A stretch of DNA of 63,996 bases, filler included, from Asterionella formosa (GCA_002256025.1; 15 parts of 15 records of this genome joined end to end with filler, not necessarily neighbours in it), one strand, 5' to 3'; shown: positions 39,287 to 52,092, counted from the whole stretch's first letter. Made by a program: numbers and translations. Notes: generated from the letters alone by a model not told the origin.

Positions 39287-39784
39287 ATGACTGATTCTAC
39301 ATCTCGAGGCATTGACCTCGACTCAATGTCACTCGATCAACTCAATCAGGTCAAGCAGCAAGAGGAAAACCGACTGGCCGCTCTCACTTCGAGGTATTCG
39401 CAGCTTCGTCAAGCTGCAGTTCGTCTCCAAGCCTCCAATGCAGCGGTCGTTGAGCTTAATGATTATCTTGATGGTAAACACGTCATGGTGCCACTGACAG
39501 AAAGCTTGTATGTTCCAGGAAAGATTGTCGATCCAACGTCGTTACTGGTAGAGATTGGGACCGGATTTTATGTGGAAAAATCCGTTAAGGACACGAGTGA
39601 CTTTCTCCAGCGAAAATTGAATATTGTCGATGCCAACTCGGAAAACATTACTACGGTGATTCAAGGGACGAAGCAAAATATTTCTAGTGTCAACATGGCA
39701 ATGCAAGGTAAAATGCTAGAAATTCGAGCCAGGCAAGAAGGAAGACTGCACCAGCAAAATGAGGCAGCAGCTGCTGCACTGTAA
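39287..39784 (+). CDS. PFDN5: Prefoldin subunit 5 (alpha type)
   Basis: IDLDSMSLDQL, VMVPLTESLYVPGKI, LLVEIGTGFYVEK; first suitable ATG at 39287. Confidence 0.93.
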   Translation: MTDSTSRGIDLDSMSLDQLNQVKQQEENRLAALTSRYSQLRQAAVRLQASNAAVVELNDYLDGKHVMVPLTESLYVPGKIVDPTSLLVEIGTGFYVEKSVKDTSDFLQRKLNIVDANSENITTVIQGTKQNISSVNMAMQGKMLEIRARQEGRLHQQNEAAAAAL

Positions 39785-40697
39785 GTATGCCTCCTTTATG
39801 GCGGAAATATCAGAGGTATTTGTGGATGCAGCTTAAGATAGAAGCAAGGATTAAAGATCTGTTTCCACTTGTGTATTGGAATAAAGGGAGTCAACTACCT
39901 AGATGGGAGTGTAAGTGAGATGCATTCTTTGTCTCATCTCTATGAGTCATACCTGAGCCACAGAAATCTTCTCACTCACCCAGCCGTGGCAGTTTACATT
40001 ATCAATAAGAGTGCGATTGGAATTATCAATACAGCATTCTCACCTGTAGAGAGGGGCTTCCGGTACTGTACTGAATTTTGAAGCAGTTATAGAATGATGG
40101 AATTGTAGACTTTGGATCGCCTGCACTCGGAGTTTAGTCACATACAAATTGTCCATAGGTCCAGCTGTACTCCTCGGTTGCTCGCTATTATCATGTAGCA
40201 GTGGTAAACTGCTATGCCAATGATTTCTTTCGAGTCGGTGTGAATATTTCAACGTAAATGCAACATTGCAAATTTGACTGAGTAGAATGCTACACAAGTT
40301 GTTTCAGCGCACAGCGTCACAACTTTGATTCGATTGCCCTCCAGAACATCTCGAACAGGCAAAGAGTCCTTGTTCTTGACTCTCAAATACAGTAAAACCA
40401 ATAAGTCATTTTAAAAGCGACAGCCTGTATTGCACATGCTTCAATGACAATCGCACGAAAAACTGGTAAGCTTTGTGAATTAAATGGTTCTAGATAACAT
40501 TTGAGTCTATTGTACTAAACCGGCAGGATATGCGCGCAACAGCCTTAAATCACCACGCATATTGAATTTTTAATGGGGATGGAAGTTCGAGATTCAGAAG
40601 ATAGAATCACAGCAGAATAGGTTTAAATACAGGGCATATAGGATGTCCAAAGGTTAAAGCAATATGAATGACAGTCACAACCAAAATGATTATGAAT

Positions 40698-41608
40698 TTA
40701 CACACGCCTAATGAACTCCGCCCGGCGATGCCCATTCACTCCTCGAAATAGGAACAAAGTCCCAGTCAAAAGGACTAGCTTCACCTTTGCGACCTCTCTA
40801 GCTTCTTTTTCGTCTTCCAACTTTCGCTTATTGAATTGAGAGTTGCTGGACTTGGACGGTGGTCTTCGCCTTTTGTTGATGTCCGATGGTCCTGGCATGG
40901 ATTGAGTCAACAAAGGACCAACAACATCACTTGGTACATCAATAATGGCTTGACGGCGAAGCGATCGCTGCTCACGATCACTTTGCTTCTTCTTTTGTTC
41001 TTCATTGATTTGTTCACTATCTTCTGAAACAACAGGCGAAGTGCCGCGAGAAAATGACACAGTCTTCTTGTTTGAATCATCGCCACTAGATGATGACTTA
41101 GTCGAGGACTCGGACTTTGCCTTCTTGACTTTTGGGGGATTTTGATTTCGAGGCCTGTTCGACAGAGATTCCTCTGCCTTGTCCTTGTCTTCTGTAAGCT
41201 TTTTCATAGAAAGCCTTCCTCCATTTGCCGACTTGATGAGCTTTCCGAATGCAGCCTCGTAGAGTTCTTCTTCCTTGTGATTTTCGTACTTGATCAGCCA
41301 CAACGGATTGGCGGCGAGTCCTTCAGTTAGCAGCGCTGTGAGACGTCCATGGAAAGGAACTCCTCCTCTAACCACCTATCGTGGGATATAAATAGAACAT
41401 AGCTTGTGAGAATCAAACATGCCTGATCATTGATTCTGCATTTAGGGTGTTGAGTGTACGAGTTCGGTCAACGAGACATTGAATCGACTGCTCGCTCGCC
41501 CATTGTTTCAACACGCACGCTTACCTCTACAACGTCACCGACCGAGTATTCTGAGGTCTTCCTCGGTGTTGCCCGGCGTGAGCGACGAAGTGCTAGTCCC
41601 ATGGTCAT
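40698..41608 (-). CDS. Hypothetical basic protein, 2 exons: complement join(40698..41375,41525..41608)
   Basis: Exon 1 (...YSVGDVVE) has a GTAAG donor at 41524 and joins in phase 0 at the TAG acceptor (41376) to VVRGG...; possible Tudor/SH3-like N-terminus; NLS-like basic stretches. Confidence 0.7.
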
Positions 41609-41726
41609 CAGTAGAACAAAAACAGGGGAGTAAAACGAAGTAAAGAGTAATGAAACTGAGAAAAAAGCAACAATTATTCCCGGTTCTTGATTCATTTAAT
41701 ACTGCGCACTTGACAGAAGTGTTACC

Positions 41727-41862
41727 CAGGTACCTGACCATGTTGACCTGGTACGGCACCTGATACAATGGTACCTGGTACCAGGTACCGTACCAGTTAC
41801 TGTACCGGTACACCAGATCAACGATTTCGCAACGACGTGCTTGGGACCGGTACTGGTACTGG
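41727..41862. promoter_or_regulatory. GGTACC(W) motif cluster upstream of the 41608 gene
   Basis: CCAGGTACCTG, TGGTACCTGGTACCAGGTACC and GTACCGGTAC lie 120-250 bp upstream of the ATG. Confidence 0.45.
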
Positions 41863-43814
41863 TATTATTTACTGGCACTAAATTTGTCTAGCAGAACCGT
41901 AAATCCCGTGCTCCTGTCCTCCCCTGTGCGCTTTGCTACTTACCTGTTCCAGCCTGCTTTCTTGAAAATGACACCGATAATCACGTCCGGCCAACTTTGT
42001 CGCTGGCCATTTAGACGACAGAGGAACTGGAATTGTATGGATCGTAGTGAAATCGGAGTTTATCATCATCAAAACCATCCTGTCATGGGCAAACACAATT
42101 CCGTTACTGTAGTATATCACTAAGGCATAAGTAATATCAGTCCGGGTTCAGTTTGCCCTCAAGTGGACGGAAAAATGTGGACGATTTTTCCCACAGATTT
42201 GAAATGCCGGGTTAATGCCAGTCTAAGTAGTCCACTAATGGTAGATCATTTACAATCTGGTAATGTACTTACCGGTATGCTGTAGATAATGCATAACACT
42301 TTTTTTTGCTGTTCAAAGGCGCCAGGAGAAAACCTTTCCAGCCGCTTTGCCCGCCTGCCCCGTCAATGTTGTGGGGTGCTTGGGGGGCATCATGGGAGGA
42401 TTCGAACTCCACACATTAGTTCACATACTCAGGAATGGTTTTGAAGCACCCTGTCATCCATTAATGACCTGGTGTCCGGTGAGGCACCCTGCCCCTTCAC
42501 CTGGCTGGTGGGCAAGGTAGTGTGAGACTTTCACTCACTAAAAACCTGTGTGCAGCCCCACTCTTGACCAGTACTTGGTCTGCCCTACCCATCGGGGGGT
42601 TGACCCATGGATAATGCATAACATACTATCAACATGCAATGCTGCCCATGTATGCGCAAGTACCATGCTTGTATGGCACCTACAATTCCATGAGGTGCGT
42701 ATACAGTACCTGGTACCTAGTACGAGGTACTATGTACTGCAATCATCATACTATGGCATTGTGTGGACTGGTACTGGTAATACTGGTAGCCTATTGTAGC
42801 ATTCACTAGATTTCAGAGCATATAGCTAGCAAACTATAGCAACAACTAAACTGGGAGGCACAAATCAAGTGATGTGGCAGTACATACATAGCAAGCATCC
42901 TTCTTCTATTAATTGAATGCATTTATTGCAGGGTACTAGCTAGCTAGCACAGCAATATGTGCAGATGTACAAGAATATGATGGTTATTCTTCGAATATAT
43001 AGATAGATAGTGAATGAACCTTTAGACTTCTTGTAAGTTTGCTGATGCTTCACCACCTTGCAAAGTCATGGCAACAAACATCATTTGATCTCTTAATCAA
43101 TGTAAGGAATATGATTGCATTACTAGAAGTTACCACAACTGGCTGTTTACAAACTTTCTCTCAGTTAGCATTTGTCTATTAGAAGCAGTGCTGTTCTACT
43201 CTTCATCCCTTTAGCAGTCAGAGGTGAAATACCAAGGCAGCCCTCACATTGCTCAAGAGCAACATGGACATTTTCTCTTGTAATTAAAGATTGCAGTAGA
43301 TCTCGATTTTTCGCTCAACCATCCAACCTTTTCATAATCTTCATCTAAATACTAGAAATCTCTTATGTATCCATCCAGCCAACAGCTCGATCTTCACTAT
43401 TTGCAGCATCAACATTTTTCCTTTTGCCATTCTCAAAACTGATGTCATGATGCCATTGTCTGCATAGAAAATTTAAAACACCAATTTTATTCCTCTCATC
43501 TCGGTCTTCCCATACTTGCTATGCCATAAACAGTAAGCAAAAGCTGCAGTGCAAAGCGGGACCCCAGCCAGTTAGGATGCAAGAACAATTAGAACATTGA
43601 TTTCTGATTGTTGGGAGTTGTCGGCCTTGATTGTTGGTCTTGATGCCTTGTTGCTGCTTCTTGTCTAGTCATACAGTCAACCCAAGGAACTTTCGGCCAA
43701 TAATTCTTTAAGTGATGGCCACTGTGTACACAACTGCTAAGTGCATTGATAATGAATTACACTTCCTGACTTTTTGTAGATTTTCGATCTGATGGCATTC
43801 ATGCTGGGTTGGTA

Positions 43815-44625
43815 CCAGTCAAAAACTGCTTAAGACCACTATAACGGGGTAATCTTACATTTTGTTCTACAAAATTTTTTCAATTTTAGCAATACGACAA
43901 TATTTACTATGAACAAGTCATTTGTTTCACGCATCTACATATAGTATGTCTTAACGCCCGATCGATGTTGTGTTCCAGTTGGTGAGATAAACGACTTCGA
44001 AAATGTTGAGTGAGGCACATCGGAAGAAAATAAAATTACCTCGTTTAGCTGGGCCGACATTTTATATTCATATACGATATCAAATAATGTTTTATACTCC
44101 AAATAGATAAGGATTTAGTAAAGCTTGTTCTAAACAACAATGTCAGAGAAGTAGACGTTAGAAAGGCTAGCGGTGGAGGAGTTGTTTTACCAAGTGGCGC
44201 TATTGCTATCTAGATTATTAGTAGCAGACAAAGTTGACACAATAACGTGGCTAACAAAAGACATGGTGAAGTACCCTTTGGAGAAATTGAATAATGACAG
44301 CAAAGATCTAGTAGTAGGGGGTTTGAATTCTATAGTGCTATTGGATTGTTCCCCAGCAGAACGAATCGAAACTAGCAGTACACTTACCTTTGGAACCAGA
44401 GCCACCACTACTGCATCGTCCACTTTGACACCAGATACATGTAATGCAGATAAACACAGCAGTGAGAGAAACAATAATCTAGCCGATAGACCGGAACAGC
44501 ATGAGACTCAACAAACACAACCTTCCGGTGAGAAGGGGGGGAACAAATACAGACGAAAAAAGTGTTCCATTGAGACCATGAAACTTGCTCCAGCACCACA
44601 AGCATGTGGTGGGCATCAATCTTGA
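43815..44625 (+). mobile_element. Probable pogo/Tc1-like transposon left end with decayed transposase start
   Basis: TA|CCAGTCAAAAACTGCTTAAGACCAC resembles pogo-type termini; the same 20 bp (TGGTACCAGTCAAAAACTGC) ends scaffold 1 at 22359-22378; a frameshifted ORF remnant follows. Confidence 0.45.
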
Positions 44626-45079
44626 TAAGATGGCTTGCCAGTTGGCGCTATTGGCGATCGCGCAAAATAAATGGTTCATGTGGTGGCTGGACGCTTTAAA
44701 CTGGGAACGGAAGCACTGGACGATAAGACTAGGAGAAAAGAAGAGCAGAGTAGAAGGAGAGTGAGAAAGCGAATAAGAAAGTTATGGATTATAAAGCAAC
44801 ATTGAACGAGGTGCAAGCGATCAGAGCACTCAACAAACGGGCACACAAATGGANNNNNNNNNNNNNNNNNNNNNNNNNNNNNNNNNNNNNNNNNNNNTTA
44901 ATTAATTAANNNNNNNNNNNNNNNNNNNNNNNNNNNNNNNNNNNNNNNNNNNNTCTGGAGAAACAAATGAATAATAAGTGCTGTCTTTGGACCTTGTACC
45001 TGATAACCTGGTACTTTTACTGTGTCCCGGTTATTTCTCCATGATGCTGGTATTGTACCTGGTCTAGCACACTACCAGG

Positions 45080-46326
45080 TGAAGTATCTAACTAGAAGTA
45101 GTAGTATTTGTTGAATATATGAGCTTATTAATTAATCCTTATGTATAACTCATTTCCTGAACTGACATCAAAGTATAGAATGGGTGTTAGTCGAGTTCTC
45201 TCATTATTGAATTCCGATATATTTGACATAACCCCAACTCTATATATATCTGTATCGATGTGCAGGATTGCTCACTCTCCCACACTTGAGGGAAAACCTT
45301 TTACCTATGAAAAGGTTTGATACGACGAATATTAATTCGTTCGGTAATATGCATAGTGCGTTGAAAAGTAACTGTACCATTGGCATGTACTTGAATAATA
45401 GTATAAGGACCTCGTCCACGATCATCCAAAGTAGTAGGATTATCCAATAATATTAAAATCTCGTCACCCACTTTGTAATCATAAGATCGACGACGGAAAT
45501 TTGCACGACGTAAACGTTCGTCAATTATCACCTGTCGACGTTGATGTATTAATTGTAAATCTGTAATCAAAGGAATATTTAATATCATATCACGTTGGAA
45601 AACCCATGCTCCTGGTGAAATACGTAATATACTATGAATAGTAGCTCGAGCTGCATATGACGCAGCTGCAAAACATGTATCCACAATATTTTGGGCTTGA
45701 AATTCATTGATTGGAGGATGAGCCTTTAACATAACTCGTAGACTATTGCTGATAGATTGATGGAAACGTTCACAGATAGCATTTGCTTGTGGATTCTTTA
45801 CTGTGGTAGTCACATCTTTGATTCCATTCAATACTAACATGTGTAAGAAAGGAGCACCAGTAAATTCACCTCCATTGTCATGTATACAACGTTCTGGACG
45901 GGGATATCTGGCTAACCAATCATTTTCAAATTTCATTGCAATATATTCTGATGTTTTATTGATGATACGTGAAATTTCTGCTAAATTGGTGACTGTGTCA
46001 ATACAAGTTAGAGCACGAAATTCAATCGTTTGAGCAGCCACTGTTATCTTCCATGGACCAATTAGATCTACTGCGACTTCTGACCATGGTAATAATAATG
46101 CATTCCTGGGTGGAAGTTCACCAAAACCAGTACCAGGTAATTTTGTACGTTGACATGCTTCACATACTCTTACAATATGTTCCACTCTTGTTTTTAATAT
46201 AGGGTGATAAAAATGTGTAGCAATTGTAGCATTTAATCTTGTCATACCCACATGAGCTAACATCTGATGATACCAATTAATAATAGGATCCAATAATGAT
46301 GTAGGAATAGCAATACGCCAAGTATC
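45080..46326 (-). mobile_element. Ty3/Gypsy LTR retrotransposon 3' end, copy 1 (integrase 45301-46293, PPT, 195-bp LTR 45080-45274)
   Basis: HHCC zinc finger, VAVDLIGPW, HDNGGEF, NAICER with D(35)E spacing, GPY motif; integrase is the last domain; PPT GGGAGAG then TGA...TCA LTR. Confidence 0.95.
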
Positions 46327-46832
46327 NNNNNNNNNNNNNNNNNNNNNNNNNNNNNNNNNNNNNNNNNNNNTTAATTAATTAANNNNNNNNNNNNNNNNNN
46401 NNNNNNNNNNNNNNNNNNNNNNNNNNACAACGGACAACAATTAATCGTGGTGTGTATCATGGTTCTTCTACTGGTATATACCTACAGGTATACTTGTTCG
46501 TTCTTGGTATACCGGTAGTTAGCACATACGATACGACCCTACGTAGCAAACTATCAATATTGACTCACAGGACGACAGCAAAGTCGTACATATCATGCAT
46601 GCATAAAAAGGCTGGCTGCATGAAAATAATAATTATAGTAGCCCACGTTGTGCTAGGACAAAATATAATCCTTATCCCTACCGTAGGACGGAATATCGCG
46701 TCAATTTGTTTGCTTCAATCAGCTCACCATGTTGCTCAATATCGCCACTGTTTCCTCTGCAAAAGTGATTCCCCAAAGGCTTTTATATTCGTTTGAATAG
46801 TCATGAGTGAAATGCTACTGGGGAATCACTTT

Positions 46833-47799
46833 TCACATGATATTCAAAAAGTTATACCAATATCGCTCCATTATGGCTGTCATCAGCCAGCAACCCTGCC
46901 ACTCATTGTCTGAAAGGTAAGATTGAACAATAACTCCAGAGTCATGAGCAGCAGCCTCAAACTTGTGTTTTGAAACTAGAGTTTCATGAGAGGTCAGAGA
47001 GACTTGATGTTCCACATGAACAAAACCGGAAGCATGGTCAACAAACAGACATCCTCCTGAGTACATTTGCTCTTGAGCCGTTTTTCCTTTTGAATCATAG
47101 TTTCGTCCCTTAGTGTGACAAACAAAGTGATCGACTGAGACTTGCTGCCCTGGTAGGAGGTCTCCTTTCTTAAGTGCACCACAGCTTGATGGAACAGGTG
47201 TAGAAACACTGCTGGAAGTTGGTCGACGTTTTGCCTTTCCAAATTGGCAGGAGGCACAGCGAGGTAGGACACAGTTGGATGCTGAACGGTGCAGATTCTT
47301 TTGCCCTTCACTTGTTGCAAGGGCTCCTGATCTCAACAGTAATTGTATTGATTCAAAGTGTAGATGGCCAAGACGAAAGTGCCAACGCAATAGTTCCTTC
47401 TGAGCTTCGGTTAGATTTTGATTGTTGGAATCGGTAACACAGAGGTTAAGCTCTTGAGCACAGCGATTGACATCCACTTCATTGTATCCATAGCTGATAG
47501 GAAGGTTGTTGTTGGTTGAGAAAGGGACAACAATGTCTGGTGCTCCACCTCCACAGATACGAATATGATCAGACTCAACTTGACCATAGGCGGGAGTTTT
47601 AGATCCAACAAAACCTTGGATATAAGATTGCCAACTGAGGAGTTGTTGGTGAGCTCCAGGAGTATAGTAAGCAGAGAGCTCAAGACAATGGAGAGTACCA
47701 TCAACTGCCGGAACCATCCACCTGACCTTGCCTTGACCTTCAATTGATAATCCTGCTGCTAGTCCTTTCAGTGTGACAGGTATGGCCAAGGGGGTTATC
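46833..47799 (-). mobile_element. Ty1/Copia (CoDi-like) pol fragment: pre-integrase region and truncated integrase
   Basis: LLRWHFRLGH, CASCQFGK, PGQQVSVDHF, LFVDHASG, YLSDN; similarity stops after SDN. Confidence 0.9.
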
Positions 47800-49498
47800 N
47801 NNNNNNNNNNNNNNNNNNNNNNNNNNNNNNNNNNNNNNNNNNNTTAATTAATTAANNNNNNNNNNNNNNNNNNNNNNNNNNNNNNNNNNNNNNNNNNNNA
47901 ATTCATTCTGATACTGATAACATCGTTGGGTACAAGGTTTACATACACATAAGGTGATCTGTGTAAAGTCATAACCTTTGCTAAAACAATAATTGATCAA
48001 AGAGCAACAGCTATTGATCAATCAAACAACGTATCAATATATCAAAACATTTGGTTAGCAGATTAGTTTTGATAATTAATATATATGACTTCTATCTATG
48101 CTTAACCTGACAGGTGTAAGAAAATAAGATGACAAACAAATTTGATTGACCACACCAACACGGTCATTGATATATCAAAATTATCATCAACATAACAAAA
48201 CATTTGATCAATATATCAACAATTTGGATTAACCGATTAGATTTGGTATACACGCATAACGTAACGTGTGTATGCTACTAACCTAACGTACAAATTTGAT
48301 TGATAATACAGACATGGCTTGTGATAGATCAAAATTATCATCAACAAGTCAAAATATTTTAATAATCAATCAGTTTTTTAACGTATGCTGAGTAAAACAT
48401 TAGATCTAATGGAAAATCTTTTCACAGACGAATATATCATGTTGGAGAAGATGTGTATGACCATTGAATTGTTTACTTGGCCGTTTCCATTTCTCTTTCA
48501 AGAATGATTCCAGGAAACCACCAAAGAAATTGATGGGTGTTCCAAAGCATTTTTAAATTGAATCATATTTCTTAAGAATATAATCACTGACTCAAAACAT
48601 CATGCTTTCGGGCAGAGCATCTCCCTGCAAGAACTTACCTAAGATTCCTTTAAATTGATTATTCAATACATTCTGACATTCTCTCAACTTTTTTATGCAC
48701 ATGACACCAAATGTTGATTGAATATAATCTAAATGTGCCTTGTTGGTACGTTCAATGGTCTGATTAATTGGAAGTAGTGCATCAGAACCATTCCGTATGA
48801 AATCGGCAAGCTCTGGGTCACTCTCCACTTCTTTGCCTAACTCCGGTTTCACTGTGTATAGCCGAGTTAGGCAACATTTGGCAAACCAATCCTGTTCATG
48901 ATTGGAAATGCCTTTCATACTACTTTGACCAGATAGGGCGGGATGCTTGATTCTCTTTTGGGACCAGGAAAAAGCACATTAGATTGATATTCTGTTTTAC
49001 AGTACTACCTGCAATTCACAAACTATAACATCAAACTTACATGTTCACAGCGAAACTTCTTGGTCTTGAAAATAAAACTCACAACCTTTGTGACAATTGA
49101 TGGTTCAATTTCAATTTTAGCTAATCGAGAACGACGTTCTGATAAGGCTGCTGAAATTGAAGAGTCTTGATAACCTTGTATGGACAAGCGAGTTTTGAAC
49201 CGAATTACGAGCTTTGTAGTGATTGAGTTCATTGATCAATTGATAATATCCTTTGGCAAGTGCAAAATGTTTNNNNNNNNNNNNNNNNNNNNNNNNNNNN
49301 NNNNNNNNNNNNNNNNTTAATTAATTAANNNNNNNNNNNNNNNNNNNNNNNNNNNNNNNNNNNNNNNNNNNNGAGGCTTGGGAGGCCCTCGCAGGTTGAC
49401 CTTCTCGCAGCGCCCGGGCGTCACTCGTTCGGTCAACCTGCAAGGGGCTAATCGAACTCAAGATTACTCGCAGGCAGTCTCTACGACCAGGTACCTGG

Positions 49499-50745
49499 TG
49501 AAGTATCTAACTAGAAGTAGTAGTATTTGTTGAATATATGAGCTTATTAATTAATCCTTATGTATAACTCATTTCCTGAACTGACATCAAAGTATAGAAT
49601 GGGTGTTAGTCGAGTTCTCTCATTATTGAATTCCGATATATTTGACATAACCCCAACTCTATATATATCTGTATCGATGTGCAGGATTGCTCACTCTCCC
49701 ACACTTGAGGGAAAACCTTTTACCTTTGAAAAGGTTTGATACGACGAATATTAATTCGTTCGGTAATATGCATAGTGCGTTGAAAAGTAACTGTACCATT
49801 GGCATGTACTTGAATAATAGTATAAGGACCTCGTCCACGATCATCCAAAGTAGTAGGATTATCCAATAATATTAAAATCTCGTCACCCACTTTGTAATCA
49901 TAAGATCGACGACGGAAATTTGCACGACGTAAACGTTCGTCAATTATCACCTGTCGACGTTGATGTATTAATTGTAAATCTGTAATCAAAGGAATATTTA
50001 ATATCATATCACGTTGAAAAACCCATGCTCCTGGTGAAATACGTAATATACTATGAAAAGTAGCTCGAGCTGCATATGACGCAGCTGCAAAACATGTATC
50101 CACAATATTTTGGGCTTGAAATTCATTGATTGGAGGATGAGCCTTTAACATAACTCGTAGACTATTGCTGATAGATTGATGGAAACGTTCACAGATAGCA
50201 TTTGCTTGTGGATTCTTTACTGTGGTAGTCACATCTTTGATTCCATTCAATACTAACATGTGTAAGAAAGGAGCACCAGTAAATTCACCTCCATTGTCAT
50301 GTATACAACGTTCTGGACGGGGATATCTGGCTAACCAATCATTTTCAAATTTCATTGCAATATATTCTGATGTTTTATTGATGATACGTGAAATTTCTGC
50401 TAAATTGGTGACTGTGTCAATACAAGTTAGAGCACGAAATTCAATCGTTTGAGCAGCCACTGTTATCTTCCATGGACCAATTAGATCTACTGCGACTTCT
50501 GACCATGGTAATAATAATGCATTCCTGGGTGGAAGTTCACCAAAACCAGTACCAGGTAATTTTGTACGTTGACATGCTTCACATACTCTTACAATATGTT
50601 CCACTCTTGTTTTTAATATAGGGTGATAAAAATGTGTAGCAATTGTAGCATTTAATCTTGTCATACCCACATGAGCTAACATCTGATGATACCAATTAAT
50701 AATAGGATCCAATAATGATGTAGGAATAGCAATACGCCAAGTATC
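49499..50745 (-). mobile_element. Ty3/Gypsy 3' end, copy 2 (integrase 49720-50712, LTR 49499-49693)
   Basis: Same as copy 1 except for a few SNPs (I>F, H>Q and one silent change seen). Confidence 0.95.
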
Positions 50746-50845
50746 NNNNNNNNNNNNNNNNNNNNNNNNNNNNNNNNNNNNNNNNNNNNTTAATTAATTA
50801 ANNNNNNNNNNNNNNNNNNNNNNNNNNNNNNNNNNNNNNNNNNNN

Positions 50846-52092
50846 GATACTTGGCGTATTGCTATTCCTACATCATTATTGGATCCTATTATTAATTGGT
50901 ATCATCAGATGTTAGCTCATGTGGGTATGACAAGATTAAATGCTACAATTGCTACACATTTTTATCACCCTATATTAAAAACAAGAGTGGAACATATTGT
51001 AAGAGTATGTGAAGCATGTCAACGTACAAAATTACCTGGTACTGGTTTTGGTGAACTTCCACCCAGGAATGCATTATTATTACCATGGTCAGAAGTCGCA
51101 GTAGATCTAATTGGTCCATGGAAGATAACAGTGGCTGCTCAAACGATTGAATTTCGTGCTCTAACTTGTATTGACACAGTCACCAATTTAGCAGAAATTT
51201 CACGTATCATCAATAAAACATCAGAATATATTGCAATGAAATTTGAAAATGATTGGTTAGCCAGATATCCCCGTCCAGAACGTTGTATACATGACAATGG
51301 AGGTGAATTTACTGGTGCTCCTTTCTTACACATGTTAGTATTGAATGGAATCAAAGATGTGACTACCACAGTAAAGAATCCACAAGCAAATGCTATCTGT
51401 GAACGTTTCCATCAATCTATCAGCAATAGTCTACGAGTTATGTTAAAGGCTCATCCTCCAATCAATGAATTTCAAGCCCAAAATATTGTGGATACATGTT
51501 TTGCAGCTGCGTCATATGCAGCTCGAGCTACTATTCATAGTATATTACGTATTTCACCAGGAGCATGGGTTTTCCAACGTGATATGATATTAAATATTCC
51601 TTTGATTACAGATTTACAATTAATACATCAACGTCGACAGGTGATAATTGACGAACGTTTACGTCGTGCAAATTTCCGTCGTCGATCTTATGATTACAAA
51701 GTGGGTGACGAGATTTTAATATTATTGGATAATCCTACTACTTTGGATGATCGTGGACGAGGTCCTTATACTATTATTCAAGTACATGCCAATGGTACAG
51801 TTACTTTTCAACGCACTATGCATATTACCGAACGAATTAATATTCGTCGTATCAAACCTTTTCATAGGTAAAAGGTTTTCCCTCAAGTGTGGGAGAGTGA
51901 GCAATCCTGCACATCGATACAGATATATATAGAGTTGGGGTTATGTCAAATATATCGGAATTCAATAATGAGAGAACTCGACTAACACCCATTCTATACT
52001 TTGATGTCAGTTCAGGAAATGAGTTATACATAAGGATTAATTAATAAGCTCATATATTCAACAAATACTACTACTTCTAGTTAGATACTTCA
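50846..52092 (+). mobile_element. Ty3/Gypsy 3' end, copy 3 (integrase 50879-51871, LTR 51898-52092)
   Basis: Integrase identical to copy 1; LTR TGAGCAATC...GATACTTCA. Confidence 0.95.

Noticed and set aside
48592..49232. Minus-strand ORF fragments in an AT-rich contig
   Set aside because: No recognisable domain and cannot be assigned without a homology search.
50879..51871. Stand-alone 330-aa integrase gene starting at TTG
   Set aside because: The frame is open to the contig edge; this is the C-terminal part of a truncated Pol polyprotein.
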